NCBI GenBank assembly: GCA_029067085.1
Contig: JAIEFE010000015.1
Location: 55,633-119,632 of the forward strand
Source of the DNA: Lachnospiraceae bacterium
Lineage (GTDB): Bacteria > Bacillota > Clostridia > Lachnospirales > Lachnospiraceae
Reading direction: 5' to 3'
Length of the DNA stretch: 64,000 nt
Part shown: positions 47,571 through 57,248 of the stretch, one piece after another
Layout of the letters: each line of letters starts with the position of its first letter
Numbering within the stretch: the stretch's first letter is position 1
Notes under the pieces: model-generated
The model's input: the letters and a program-made list of their open reading frames with translations, nothing else
The model's database searches: none
Told to the model about the DNA's origin: nothing
Translations under genes and position numbers: made by a program

Positions 47571-48350
47571 CTATCCTTTAATCTCAATTAACTCTAACGG
47601 ATCCACATAACCATCATCCTTACGGATGCTGTAACCGGTCTCCGTGTTATCCTCTCCCACCAAAAACAGGGCTACACCCTTCAGCACCTGGCTTCCTTCT
47701 TCAACAATGGGGCTTCCCAGATTCCGATAGGTGGTGATATAGCCGTTTCCGTGATCGATCACCACATAGCTGACCTCTCCTTCCGCCTCCCGCACTTCCT
47801 TTACCGTGCCGGGTGCTGTGGCTACCACCTTGGTACCCTCCGTGGACACAAAGACTCGCTCTTTCCATTCGTCCTTCGCCTCCACCTTCAGCGTATCGTC
47901 ATCCTCATTCGCCGCCTGCGCCTCTTCTCCCTCAGTCTGGGCTGCAGTATCCTCCTCAAGGATCTGGGCCGCACCGCTCATGGGAAAACCTTTCGGTATG
48001 TAATTTTCCTCATGGGCCGCCACCAGCTCATGTTCCTGGGCCTCTTTGCGTCCCAGTGTCTCCTCCAGAGAAGCTGCTCTGTCGCTCAGCGTCTTGTTAT
48101 CCGCTGTAAGTTTATCATTCTCCTCCTTGAGCTGTACGATCTGTTCAACCTGTTTGGCGCTCCGCTCCACGTATCCTCCCATGGTGATCGTGGTGTACAC
48201 CGCATAACAGATGACAGCCACAAACAGCACAAAGGAGACCACCGCAAGGGCGCCCGTCCTTATGTGCATCCTCCGGTGGCTTGCAGCCGGAGAATCCGAA
48301 GTTAATATTATCGTATAAGTGATCTTTCGTTTGCGCAAATCCGTGCTCAT
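47571..48350 (-). CDS. TM, coiled-coil, M23 peptidase-like protein (probably inactive)
   Basis: GTKVVATAPGTV, VVIDHGNGYITTY, YVDP; no HxxxD or HxH motif. Confidence 0.78.
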   Translation of the reverse strand: MSTDLRKRKITYTIILTSDSPAASHRRMHIRTGALAVVSFVLFVAVICYAVYTTITMGGYVERSAKQVEQIVQLKEENDKLTADNKTLSDRAASLEETLGRKEAQEHELVAAHEENYIPKGFPMSGAAQILEEDTAAQTEGEEAQAANEDDDTLKVEAKDEWKERVFVSTEGTKVVATAPGTVKEVREAEGEVSYVVIDHGNGYITTYRNLGSPIVEEGSQVLKGVALFLVGEDNTETGYSIRKDDGYVDPLELIEIKG

Positions 48351-48432
48351 AAACAAGGTCACCTCCACTCACTCTTTCTATTTTAACACATTTCAACCAA
48401 GAAAGATATACTAAAACAAAAAAAGCAGGTGC

Positions 48433-48795
48433 TTAGGTAAGCGCCTGCTCAAACACCTTGAGAAGCTGTTCCCGATGGAAGGGCTTATCCACAAAACCTT
48501 TGGCGCCGATGGCTTTGGCTTTCTCAAATGTATCATCATATGCCAGGGAGGAAACGATGACGATCTTTGCCTCCGGATGATCTCTCAAAATATGCTCCGC
48601 CGCATCCAGTCCGTCCATTCCCTGCATAATGATATCCATTGTCACCAGATCAGGCTTCACTTCGTCGTACTGTGCAATCGCATCCTCACCGCTTCTGCAG
48701 TATGCCGCTATCTCATAATCCGTGCCCTCCAGAACATCGCTCAACTGCACTCTGACCAGACGGGAATCATCTACTACCATAATTCGTTTGCTCAT
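48433..48795 (-). CDS. CheY-like single-domain response regulator
   Basis: VVDDS, PDLVTMDIIM, VSSL, KPF. Confidence 0.9.
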   Translation of the reverse strand: MSKRIMVVDDSRLVRVQLSDVLEGTDYEIAAYCRSGEDAIAQYDEVKPDLVTMDIIMQGMDGLDAAEHILRDHPEAKIVIVSSLAYDDTFEKAKAIGAKGFVDKPFHREQLLKVFEQALT

Positions 48796-48814
48796 TTCCT
48801 GCTGCTCCCTTCTC

Positions 48815-49303
48815 TCAAATCTTACCGGAAACATCCCCTCCCTCATCAGAACGGGGTACATGGTGAATCAGCTGCGCACCTCCGAAGCTCTCATCGGAAT
48901 ACGTGAGAACAAATTGTATCTCACGCCCCTCAGGCTCATAGCGTCCGCGGTAAAACACCGGCGGATCAAAATGCGCCGGAACCTGTGTCGCCCGAAACAT
49001 GGCTCCTGCTATCCTGCCGCAGAGTACATTAAAATATTCCTTGCTGAACTCCTCCAGGTCTTCGGGAGTGACTGATTCCTCATGAAAAGAATTACATGCC
49101 ATGTGGTACAACAGTCCGGTATCGGCACAGAGAGTAAGGCTGGTCTTAAATCCTCTGTCAAATGTGATCTGTACGGTACAAAGATCTTCTCCCGACATCT
49201 GCTCCGCCTGGCGCAGGCGCACACCGGCGGTACACTCCGTCACATCCTGAACCGCCTGATCTAATATCCGTTCAAGTTCCTCCTTCGCCAAAGCGCTATT
49301 CAT
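48815..49303 (-). CDS. CheX-like phosphatase
   Basis: EYFNVLCG (ExxN motif), FDPP. Confidence 0.7.
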   Translation of the reverse strand: MNSALAKEELERILDQAVQDVTECTAGVRLRQAEQMSGEDLCTVQITFDRGFKTSLTLCADTGLLYHMACNSFHEESVTPEDLEEFSKEYFNVLCGRIAGAMFRATQVPAHFDPPVFYRGRYEPEGREIQFVLTYSDESFGGAQLIHHVPRSDEGGDVSGKI

Positions 49304-49336
49304 GCCGCGTATCCTCTCTTCTCAACTACGACCGTC

Positions 49337-49738
49337 CTATTTCTGTTCCTGCTGTTCAAAGACCCGGCTGATCCTCTTTAGCAGTACATCCGAATAAAAG
49401 GGCTTCAAAATATAATCATCGATTCCCAGCTTGGCGCTTTCCAGAACACAATCCTTATCCTCCACGCCGGTGAGCATGATCACCGGTATGTCCTTTCGGT
49501 CCTCCATAGCGCGGATATCCCGCAGCGTCTCAATGCCATCCTTCTGGGCCATCTGAATATCCATCAGGATCAGATCCGGCTTTTCTTCCTTCAGATATTT
49601 CAGAGCGCGCGCCCCTGAATTGACCGTGACTACTTCGTAATCATTACACAAGGTACTCTCTATCCGTGATAAGACGATCGCATTGTCGTCCACTGCCAGA
49701 ATGCGCTTTTTGGACTCGCCACCTTCTATTTGACTCAT
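49337..49738 (-). CDS. Single-domain response regulator
   Basis: LAVDD, DLILMDIQM, LTG, KPF. Confidence 0.9.
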   Translation of the reverse strand: MSQIEGGESKKRILAVDDNAIVLSRIESTLCNDYEVVTVNSGARALKYLKEEKPDLILMDIQMAQKDGIETLRDIRAMEDRKDIPVIMLTGVEDKDCVLESAKLGIDDYILKPFYSDVLLKRISRVFEQQEQK

Positions 49739-52587
49739 TTATGTTCTTCCTCCTTTTCCAATCTATCCAAAAGCTGACCAAGCAGTTCCTCTGCATTGTC
49801 ATCCTCATATAACTTCAGTTGTCCCCGAATCTGTGAAAGCTGCTCCGCTACATCTTTCGGCAGTTCATGAAGCAGCATCTTATCCACTCTTTCCGCACAC
49901 TCTCTGGATTGAAAATGCTTCAGCCTCTCCAGAGCCTCCGCTGCCTGTTCCCTCAATTCCCGGATCGGCAGGGCGGGAAGCTTTTCTTTATTGTCATTCT
50001 CCTGCCTGCGCTGTTCCAGAAACTGCTCAATATTCTCTAAAAGGATCTCATACTCTGCCAACAGCAAAGGAGACTTCTCGGTAATCAATTCCCTGTTTCC
50101 CTGCGCGGCGGCATTTTCCTGTTCCCTTGCCATAGCGGAAACTTCCATGGCGCCGATGTTGGCGGATGCGCTCTTCAGTCCGTGCACCTCTATCTGATAG
50201 CGCACGATATCTGTATCAGCAAGTTCGCTGAGAAGCTGTAACTTGCGCTTGCCATCCTCACGGTAAAGATCCAGCAGATTGACAAAGTCCTCCTCGTCGC
50301 CGGAAAAGAACTGCATCGCGGATTCCATATCCACCCCGTCAATTCGGAAGTTCATCGGATCCAGCGGTTTGGATTCCTCCTCCATCTCTTCAGATCGTCT
50401 GTACTTCTCCGGCACCCAGCGCAGCAAAAGCTGGTTTAGCTCTCTTCTGTCGAGGGGCTTTGGAATAAAATCCTGAAAACCGGACTGCAGGAACTGTTCC
50501 CGCATCCCTTCCATAGCGTTGGCGGTCAATGCGACTATAACGGGAGCCGTCCCGTTTTCGCCACAGTCTCTGCGGATGATCTCCACCGCCTCGATGCCGT
50601 CCATGCCGGGCATCATATGATCCATAAAGATAATATCATATCGGTTGGCGCGTACCAGCTCAATCGCTTCCGGTCCGCTTTCCGCCTCAGCCAGGTCAAA
50701 TTCATAACTTTTCAGAAAGCTTCTGGCCACCTTGCGGTTTATTACATTATCATCAACAATAAGCACCTTCATACCCGGCGCGGTAAAGAGATCCGTAAGC
50801 TTCTGTTCTGACTGCGGAAGCTCGGGCATCTCCGAAACCGGACTTTTGTCCACGATCTTCTGGGGAATCGTGATCGTAACGGTCGTCCCCTTGCCGTAAG
50901 TACTTTTCACCTCGATGGTGCCTTCCATCAGCTCCACCAGATGCTTCACGATGGCAAGCCCAAGACCGGTACCCTCCGCGCTCCGATTCCGCTTGGAATC
51001 CACCTGCCGGAAATCCTCAAATATCTTTCCGAGATCTTCCTCTCGAATGCCGCAGCCGGTATCCTCCACATGAATGATGAGCATTTCTTCGTCCGCGCTC
51101 CTCCCGGGTTTTCCGGTAATATAAGCACGCACATAGCCCTTCTTTGTAAATTTTATGGCATTGCTGAGTATGTTGATCAAAATCTGCTTGATTCTGCCGT
51201 CATCGCCATTGTAGCGGCAGGGAATCGTCTCATCACACTCATACTTTAAGAGCAGTCCCCGCTGGGAGGCCACCATATCCATCATTCCTATGACTTCATC
51301 GGCCATAGTCTTTATGTAGTAATTCACATACACCAATTCCATCTTGCCTGCCTCTACCTTGGACAGATCCAAAATATCATTGATGATCGCCAGCAGATTT
51401 TTGGCCGCAGACTGCACATCCTTTGCATGCGCGTGAATCTCTGTATTCTCAGACTCCTCCATAATGATATCGTTAAGTCCGATGATGGCATTCATAGGCG
51501 TGCGTATCTCATGGGACATATTGGCAAGAAACTCACTCTTTGCAATGCTGGCTTTCTCCGCCTGATGCCGCACACGCTTGATCTCATCGATATAGGCCCT
51601 GATATCGGTCATATCCAGGATCAGGATAACACTGCCCTGTATTTTCCCTGCTTCATCTATAATATGCTTGCTGTGGCTTTCATAGTGCTGACCGTTGATT
51701 GAAAAACTGTAGGGAATACTCTCATTTAAGATCTCCTCGCGGAAATCCTCCACAACCCGGATATTTTCTCCCAACTGATGATCCGGCAGACGGGTAAAGA
51801 TATCCGCAGCTGCCCTGTTATAGCTCACCAGCCGATCCTGATCATCCAACGCGATCACGCCGTCGCCCAGACTTTCCAGAACCTTTTCCGCCGCCAGATG
51901 ACGAACGTCATAATTGCGCCGTCCCCAGATCACGATAACCACCGTAGAAACGGTAACCGCTAACGATAACGGCGTGGGATCAAAGTTCTGTATGATCTTG
52001 AGAACATATGCTATCAATATAATGACCGGCAGAGTGGACACCCAAAATATCACCCAATACTGACGGTTCACCTGCTGGTCCGACCTCTCACGGATCGCCC
52101 TCACCAGCGTATAGATGCAAAGGGTGTATGGAATGAGAATGCGGCTGAACAGAAAAACCACATACAACGGGCCGTAACTGATGCTGATGTGATGAAATCC
52201 ATCTGCGTCCGCCACCCACTGTACTTCCCTGTAAACAAGGCCGTACCAATTAAAAAACACCGAGGGCAGAGCCAGAAAATTAACTGCACCAAGAATCCTG
52301 ATCAGTGTTTTCGGCATTTCAGTATAACAATAGATATAAATAAAACAGCAATAACACAGCGGAACGAAAGAGTATCCCACATTTTCCACGATCACCGCCG
52401 TCATGGCAGACTCGATCGTGGGCGCCGTGAGTTCCAGGAGATACCCAACATTCTGTACCAGCGCGCCGCACATAATGATAATAAGCAGCTTCTGCTCCTT
52501 GGCTCCGTCTCCGTTCAGCAGAAGGAGCAGCGCAAACATAGTCAGGCATATTCCAAAACACTCTAATAAGATGACGAAATCTACCAT
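49735..52587 (-). CDS. Hybrid histidine kinase (7TM, PAS, HisKA, HATPase, REC, HPt)
   Basis: SHEIRTPMN, NILSNAIKFT, GTGLGL, FMDHMMP, VHGLKSASANIGA. Confidence 0.93.
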   Translation of the reverse strand: MVDFVILLECFGICLTMFALLLLLNGDGAKEQKLLIIIMCGALVQNVGYLLELTAPTIESAMTAVIVENVGYSFVPLCYCCFIYIYCYTEMPKTLIRILGAVNFLALPSVFFNWYGLVYREVQWVADADGFHHISISYGPLYVVFLFSRILIPYTLCIYTLVRAIRERSDQQVNRQYWVIFWVSTLPVIILIAYVLKIIQNFDPTPLSLAVTVSTVVIVIWGRRNYDVRHLAAEKVLESLGDGVIALDDQDRLVSYNRAAADIFTRLPDHQLGENIRVVEDFREEILNESIPYSFSINGQHYESHSKHIIDEAGKIQGSVILILDMTDIRAYIDEIKRVRHQAEKASIAKSEFLANMSHEIRTPMNAIIGLNDIIMEESENTEIHAHAKDVQSAAKNLLAIINDILDLSKVEAGKMELVYVNYYIKTMADEVIGMMDMVASQRGLLLKYECDETIPCRYNGDDGRIKQILINILSNAIKFTKKGYVRAYITGKPGRSADEEMLIIHVEDTGCGIREEDLGKIFEDFRQVDSKRNRSAEGTGLGLAIVKHLVELMEGTIEVKSTYGKGTTVTITIPQKIVDKSPVSEMPELPQSEQKLTDLFTAPGMKVLIVDDNVINRKVARSFLKSYEFDLAEAESGPEAIELVRANRYDIIFMDHMMPGMDGIEAVEIIRRDCGENGTAPVIVALTANAMEGMREQFLQSGFQDFIPKPLDRRELNQLLLRWVPEKYRRSEEMEEESKPLDPMNFRIDGVDMESAMQFFSGDEEDFVNLLDLYREDGKRKLQLLSELADTDIVRYQIEVHGLKSASANIGAMEVSAMAREQENAAAQGNRELITEKSPLLLAEYEILLENIEQFLEQRRQENDNKEKLPALPIRELREQAAEALERLKHFQSRECAERVDKMLLHELPKDVAEQLSQIRGQLKLYEDDNAEELLGQLLDRLEKEEEHK

Positions 52588-52686
52588 GCTGCCCTCCGCG
52601 CCAGTGCTGGATTTTGAAAGCTAAACATACACTCTTACAATATTACAATTTTACTGCCATGTCAAGAAACAGCATAGAGTACCCGC

Positions 52687-53601
52687 CTAGCCGCCGATCT
52701 GAGAACCGCTTCCTGTCTCCCCGGGATTCACATGCACCATGATGTGCTTGACCTTCGGAAAATTCTTCTCTATGGCATCGTGCACCCGTTCCGCCGTCTC
52801 ATGGGCGCGGTGCAGCGTCTCCTCCCCGTCAGCGCGGATCTCAATGTCCACGTAGACCTTGTTTCCAAACACTCTGGTATGCAGAAGATCCACGCCCAGC
52901 ACGCCCTCCTGCGCCCCGGCGCAGTCCCGAAGCGCCGCTTCCGTCTCCTCATCGCACGCCTTATCTACCATCTTATCCACTGCATCCATAAAGATCTCAT
53001 AGGCCGCCTTCTCGATGAAAAAGCAGATCACCAGACTGGCCACGGCATCCAAGATCGGAAAACCGAGTCTCGCGCCGCCGATACCGATGAGAGCGCCGAC
53101 AGAGGAGAGTGCGTCGGAACGGTGATGCCAGGCATCCGCCATCAGGGCGCCGGAGTCGATCCGCTTCGCGTTTATCATCGTATACCGGTACATGACCTCC
53201 TTCACCAGAATGGAAACCAGCGCCGCGATCAGGGCAAGCAGACCGGGAACTTCCAGATTTTCGTAATTGCCCCCCGCAATCTTGGTGACAGCCGTATAGC
53301 CAATACCCAGACCCGTCGCTGCAAGGATGGTAGCGAGAACAATAGCCGCCACGCACTCCATTCTCTCATGTCCATAAGGGTGATCTTTGTCAGATGCCTT
53401 TCTCGATATCCGGATACCGATCATAACCACCACGGTGCTGAACACATCCGAAGCCGAGTGGATCGCATCGGAGATCATCGCGCCGGAGTGGGCGATCACG
53501 CCTGCAAAGAGCTTAAACGCCGTAAGGATGAAATTGGCAACGATGCTGACCTTGGAGACACGCATAGCGGTTCTCTCAAATTCCTGTTCCGCTCCCATCA
53601 T
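52687..53601 (-). CDS. Cation diffusion facilitator transporter
   Basis: DAIHSASD, HPYGH, DAWHHRSD, MVHVNP. Confidence 0.93.
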   Translation of the reverse strand: MMGAEQEFERTAMRVSKVSIVANFILTAFKLFAGVIAHSGAMISDAIHSASDVFSTVVVMIGIRISRKASDKDHPYGHERMECVAAIVLATILAATGLGIGYTAVTKIAGGNYENLEVPGLLALIAALVSILVKEVMYRYTMINAKRIDSGALMADAWHHRSDALSSVGALIGIGGARLGFPILDAVASLVICFFIEKAAYEIFMDAVDKMVDKACDEETEAALRDCAGAQEGVLGVDLLHTRVFGNKVYVDIEIRADGEETLHRAHETAERVHDAIEKNFPKVKHIMVHVNPGETGSGSQIGG

Positions 53602-53682
53602 TCTCTCCTTTTCTTTTAAAAATCGGCAGTTCGCCCATGCTAATCAGACAAACTGCCATAACCAAAACCATTTCAGCAAGAA

Positions 53683-55134
53683 TTATACACTAATTTCCGC
53701 CTTCATGCCCAGAAGTTCTCTGTTTTCGTTCAGGATCGGCTCCACCACTTCCCTGATGAATTTCTCCACCTGCAGAGGTGCACGGCCCACATAACGGTTG
53801 GGATCCATCGTCTTTTGCAGATCCTCCGGACTCAGATTGAAGGCCGGGTCTGCCGCAATAAGCTCCAGAAGATTATTTTCTTTTCCCTCCCGCTTCACAT
53901 TGGCACCGGCGATCATGGAAAGCTCCCGGATCTTCTCGTGCAGTTCCTGTCTGTCGCCGCCCAGTTTGACGGCATCCATCATAATATTTTCCGTCGCCAT
54001 AAAAGGCAGTTCGCTCATCAGACGCTTTGTGATCACTTTATCGTAAACGACTAAACCGTCCACTACATTGAGGCACAGATCCAATATCCCGTCCACAGCA
54101 AGAAAAGCCTCAGGGATGGAAAGCCGCTTGTTGGCGGAGTCATCCAGAGTCCGCTCGAACCACTGCACAGCGGAGGTGATCGCCGGATTCAGGGCGTCCA
54201 CCATCACGAAACGGGCCAGAGAAGCAATGCGTTCGCTCCGCATGGGATTTCTCTTGTAAGCCATAGCCGAAGAACCGATCTGACTCTTCTCAAACGGTTC
54301 CTCCACCTCCTTCAAATGCTGCAGCAGGCGGATATCGTTTGACATCTTATGCGCGGAGGCCGCAATGCCTGCCAGAACGTTACAGACTCTTGTGTCAACC
54401 TTCCGGGAATAGGTCTGTCCCGACACGGGATAGCACTTCTCAAAGCCCATCTTCGATGCGATCATGGGATCGATCTTATCTATCGTATCCTGATCCCCCT
54501 CAAAAAGTTCCAAAAAAGATGCCTGTGTGCCGGTGGTACCCTTAGAGCCAAGGAGTTTCAAACCGCCAAGCACATAATCCACATCCTCCAGATCCAGACA
54601 GAATTCCTGCGCCCAGAGCGTAGCCCGCTTCCCTACTGTGGTAGGCTGTGCCGGCTGGAAATGTGTGAACGCCAGCGTCGGGAGGGTCTTGTATTCATCG
54701 GCGAAATCTGCGAGTTTTGCTATGACATTGACCAGCTTCTTCTTTACCAGCCGGAGTGCCTCCCGCATCACGATGATATCCGTGTTGTCTCCCACGTAGC
54801 AGGATGTCGCCCCGAGATGGATGATGCCGGCCGCTTTGGGACACTGCTTTCCGTAGGCGTAGACATGACTCATCACATCGTGGCGAACCTCCTTCTCCCT
54901 CGCTCTGGCCACATCGTAGTTGATATCTTCCGCATGCTCCTTGAGCTCGTCGATCTGCTCCTGTGTGATAACCGGTCTGCCGTTCTGGGAAAGTCCCAGT
55001 TCCATCTCCGTTTCCGCCAGGGCGATCCAAAGTCTCCGCCATGTCCTGAACTTCATATCCGGGGAAAAAATATACTGCATCTCACTGCTTGCGTAACGCT
55101 CCGACAAGGGACTCACATACTTATCTGTACTCAT
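53683..55134 (-). CDS. purB: Adenylosuccinate lyase
   Basis: RHDVMSH, HLGATS, GSSAMAYKRNP. Confidence 0.97.
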   Translation of the reverse strand: MSTDKYVSPLSERYASSEMQYIFSPDMKFRTWRRLWIALAETEMELGLSQNGRPVITQEQIDELKEHAEDINYDVARAREKEVRHDVMSHVYAYGKQCPKAAGIIHLGATSCYVGDNTDIIVMREALRLVKKKLVNVIAKLADFADEYKTLPTLAFTHFQPAQPTTVGKRATLWAQEFCLDLEDVDYVLGGLKLLGSKGTTGTQASFLELFEGDQDTIDKIDPMIASKMGFEKCYPVSGQTYSRKVDTRVCNVLAGIAASAHKMSNDIRLLQHLKEVEEPFEKSQIGSSAMAYKRNPMRSERIASLARFVMVDALNPAITSAVQWFERTLDDSANKRLSIPEAFLAVDGILDLCLNVVDGLVVYDKVITKRLMSELPFMATENIMMDAVKLGGDRQELHEKIRELSMIAGANVKREGKENNLLELIAADPAFNLSPEDLQKTMDPNRYVGRAPLQVEKFIREVVEPILNENRELLGMKAEISV

Positions 55135-55158
55135 GCTCTGCCTTTCCTTTCTGTTTTC

Positions 55159-56343
55159 TTATGATTTGGTATTGAATTTCTGCTCGTATTCCTCAACAGT
55201 CTTCATGATTTCCTTTGCGTACTTGGGATACCGCTCCACAAGCGCTTTGATATCCTTCTGAGAACTGCCCGCCACCACTTCTCTGTTATAATCCATGCGC
55301 CGTCTCAGGGACTGTCTGCGGATGATCAGATTGTGTCTGATCTCCACCATCTCCTTCGGCTCCAGAATGGCCTCCGTCTGGTGCAGCCAGATTGCGGGAT
55401 CCTGCACCTGATAGCATTTCAGGATCTGTAACAGTTCCTGCTCACTGTAGTCGAGGTCTAATTCCGCCCGTCTGAACTTCTCCCGCTCCTCCTTCTCGAT
55501 ACAGTAATTTTCCCACAGCTGCGTCAGCTCATTTGCACTCGACACACCGTACTTCATATATAGATATTCCAGAAGGTTCGTATTATTCACATAGCGGATC
55601 TTCACCTTATTCTGCAACAGGATGATCCTGTTGATCCCTGTCTCCACCCGCTTGAGTTCCCGCTTGGCATCCGTATGCCGGACATAGATCAGGGTAAGCA
55701 TCACTGCTGCCGCCCCCGCTGTAAGGAAATACCCCAGCTTTGTGTCCATCTCCAGAAAATATTGTAAAAACAGAAGGAGAAGCGCACACAGTCCCAGAGC
55801 CGTCACACAGATCACCGCCATGCCTCTGGTATCCGAGATGAGACGCATAACCTCACTCTTGCGGTAGAGATAGGCATGCCGCTCGCCATCCAGACGGTTT
55901 AGATCTTTGCGGATCAACTCCTGATATTCCTCCGCCTCCGTGATCTTTGTAACCCCCTCATCCACCTCGTCCTCTATACGCTCTATCATACGGTACTTTT
56001 CATCCGTGATCCGCCGGGGTCTTCCCATGAAGTCGGTCTTTCTGTCCTGCAAAAGAGATACCCGCCTCGCGCAGTCTTTGAGTTGTTCACTCTCCTCGGG
56101 CGGCAGCGCCTCGATCTCCTCCATATCCTTTAAATAGGAGGTGACCATGTTATACTCGAAGTTCAGGTTTTCCAGTTCCTTCGTGGCATCCGCCATCTTC
56201 TCCAGACAGTTTCTTACATAGTCGTTTCGCTGCTCGCTGTTGTCAAAATCTATCTCGCGGGGGGCTTCTTCCTCATCCCAGTCCTCTTCATACTCATCGA
56301 AACCCCTGCGAAATCTGTCAAGTATTTTTTTCAGTAAACCCAT
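55159..56343 (-). CDS. Hypothetical coiled-coil protein with central 2-TM hairpin
   Basis: Acidic helical arms around two hydrophobic helices; GGAGGG RBS. Confidence 0.8.
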   Translation of the reverse strand: MGLLKKILDRFRRGFDEYEEDWDEEEAPREIDFDNSEQRNDYVRNCLEKMADATKELENLNFEYNMVTSYLKDMEEIEALPPEESEQLKDCARRVSLLQDRKTDFMGRPRRITDEKYRMIERIEDEVDEGVTKITEAEEYQELIRKDLNRLDGERHAYLYRKSEVMRLISDTRGMAVICVTALGLCALLLLFLQYFLEMDTKLGYFLTAGAAAVMLTLIYVRHTDAKRELKRVETGINRIILLQNKVKIRYVNNTNLLEYLYMKYGVSSANELTQLWENYCIEKEEREKFRRAELDLDYSEQELLQILKCYQVQDPAIWLHQTEAILEPKEMVEIRHNLIIRRQSLRRRMDYNREVVAGSSQKDIKALVERYPKYAKEIMKTVEEYEQKFNTKS

Positions 56344-56375
56344 GTTTCCCTCCACGCCGGAGCGTTTTTCGCCCT

Positions 56376-57224
56376 CTATCTCATACTCCTGCGGTACTTC
56401 TCCCTGAGTCCCGCAGTCAGATTCCCGATCTCTTCATAATAAGGTACGGAACCGCCGAGCGCTCCCGCCCCTTCCTCCTTCATCACCTGGTAGGTGACTA
56501 ACATCCTGTTTTCATCCGATCCCTCAAACGACCCTTCTGCCCGCCTGATCAACCGCTCCACCTCCAGAGACAGCTCATGATACTCCGGGTGCCCGGCAAT
56601 ATAGTCGATGTAACTCTTTTCCTGCCGCCCCATGCGCAGCGCAGCCAGATACATTAAAAGCCCTTCCCTCTTTCCGTCTGTCTCGTAAGATTTCATAAAC
56701 CACACCGCCGCCTGATCATACAAAAACATACCCGCATAGGCTGCTCCCATGTTGTGGTAGATCCGTCCGAGCAAAAGCTTTTCTGTTTCCGGGAGCGTGA
56801 GCGCCAGACTCTGATATTGCTGCAGGGCCGCCAGATACCGCTTTTCTCCGAACAGATAGTCCGCTCTCGCTCCGAGCCGTTCATAGGGATTCAGGCCTTC
56901 GTTTCCGCGTACGATCTCCTCCGTCTGCCTTATCTTCTCCGCCGGATAGATGTTCACATAGGCAAGGATCGCTCCCACGAAGGATGCCACAGAACCCTTA
57001 CGGTTCAGGATCGCCTCCAGCGTATGAGCCAGCTCGCTCAGGCCGCACTGTGTCTCCAGCCAGCGCACCATCTCCCGCTGCATGATCTCCGCATCCAGAA
57101 GAGCCGCCTTATCCACAAGAAGATAACAGAGTTCCTCCACCGAATATAGGTTTACATAAAATCTCTCCACGTAGTAGGGATGGGCGGATCGCCTTCCCGT
57201 CCCCAGAATCACCTTGCTGCCCAT
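56376..57224 (-). CDS. TPR-containing hypothetical protein
   Basis: IYHNMGAAYAGMFLYDQAAVWFMKSY. Confidence 0.75.
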   Translation of the reverse strand: MGSKVILGTGRRSAHPYYVERFYVNLYSVEELCYLLVDKAALLDAEIMQREMVRWLETQCGLSELAHTLEAILNRKGSVASFVGAILAYVNIYPAEKIRQTEEIVRGNEGLNPYERLGARADYLFGEKRYLAALQQYQSLALTLPETEKLLLGRIYHNMGAAYAGMFLYDQAAVWFMKSYETDGKREGLLMYLAALRMGRQEKSYIDYIAGHPEYHELSLEVERLIRRAEGSFEGSDENRMLVTYQVMKEEGAGALGGSVPYYEEIGNLTAGLREKYRRSMR

Positions 57225-57248
57225 CTTGTCTCTTTGTTCCTCACCGTT

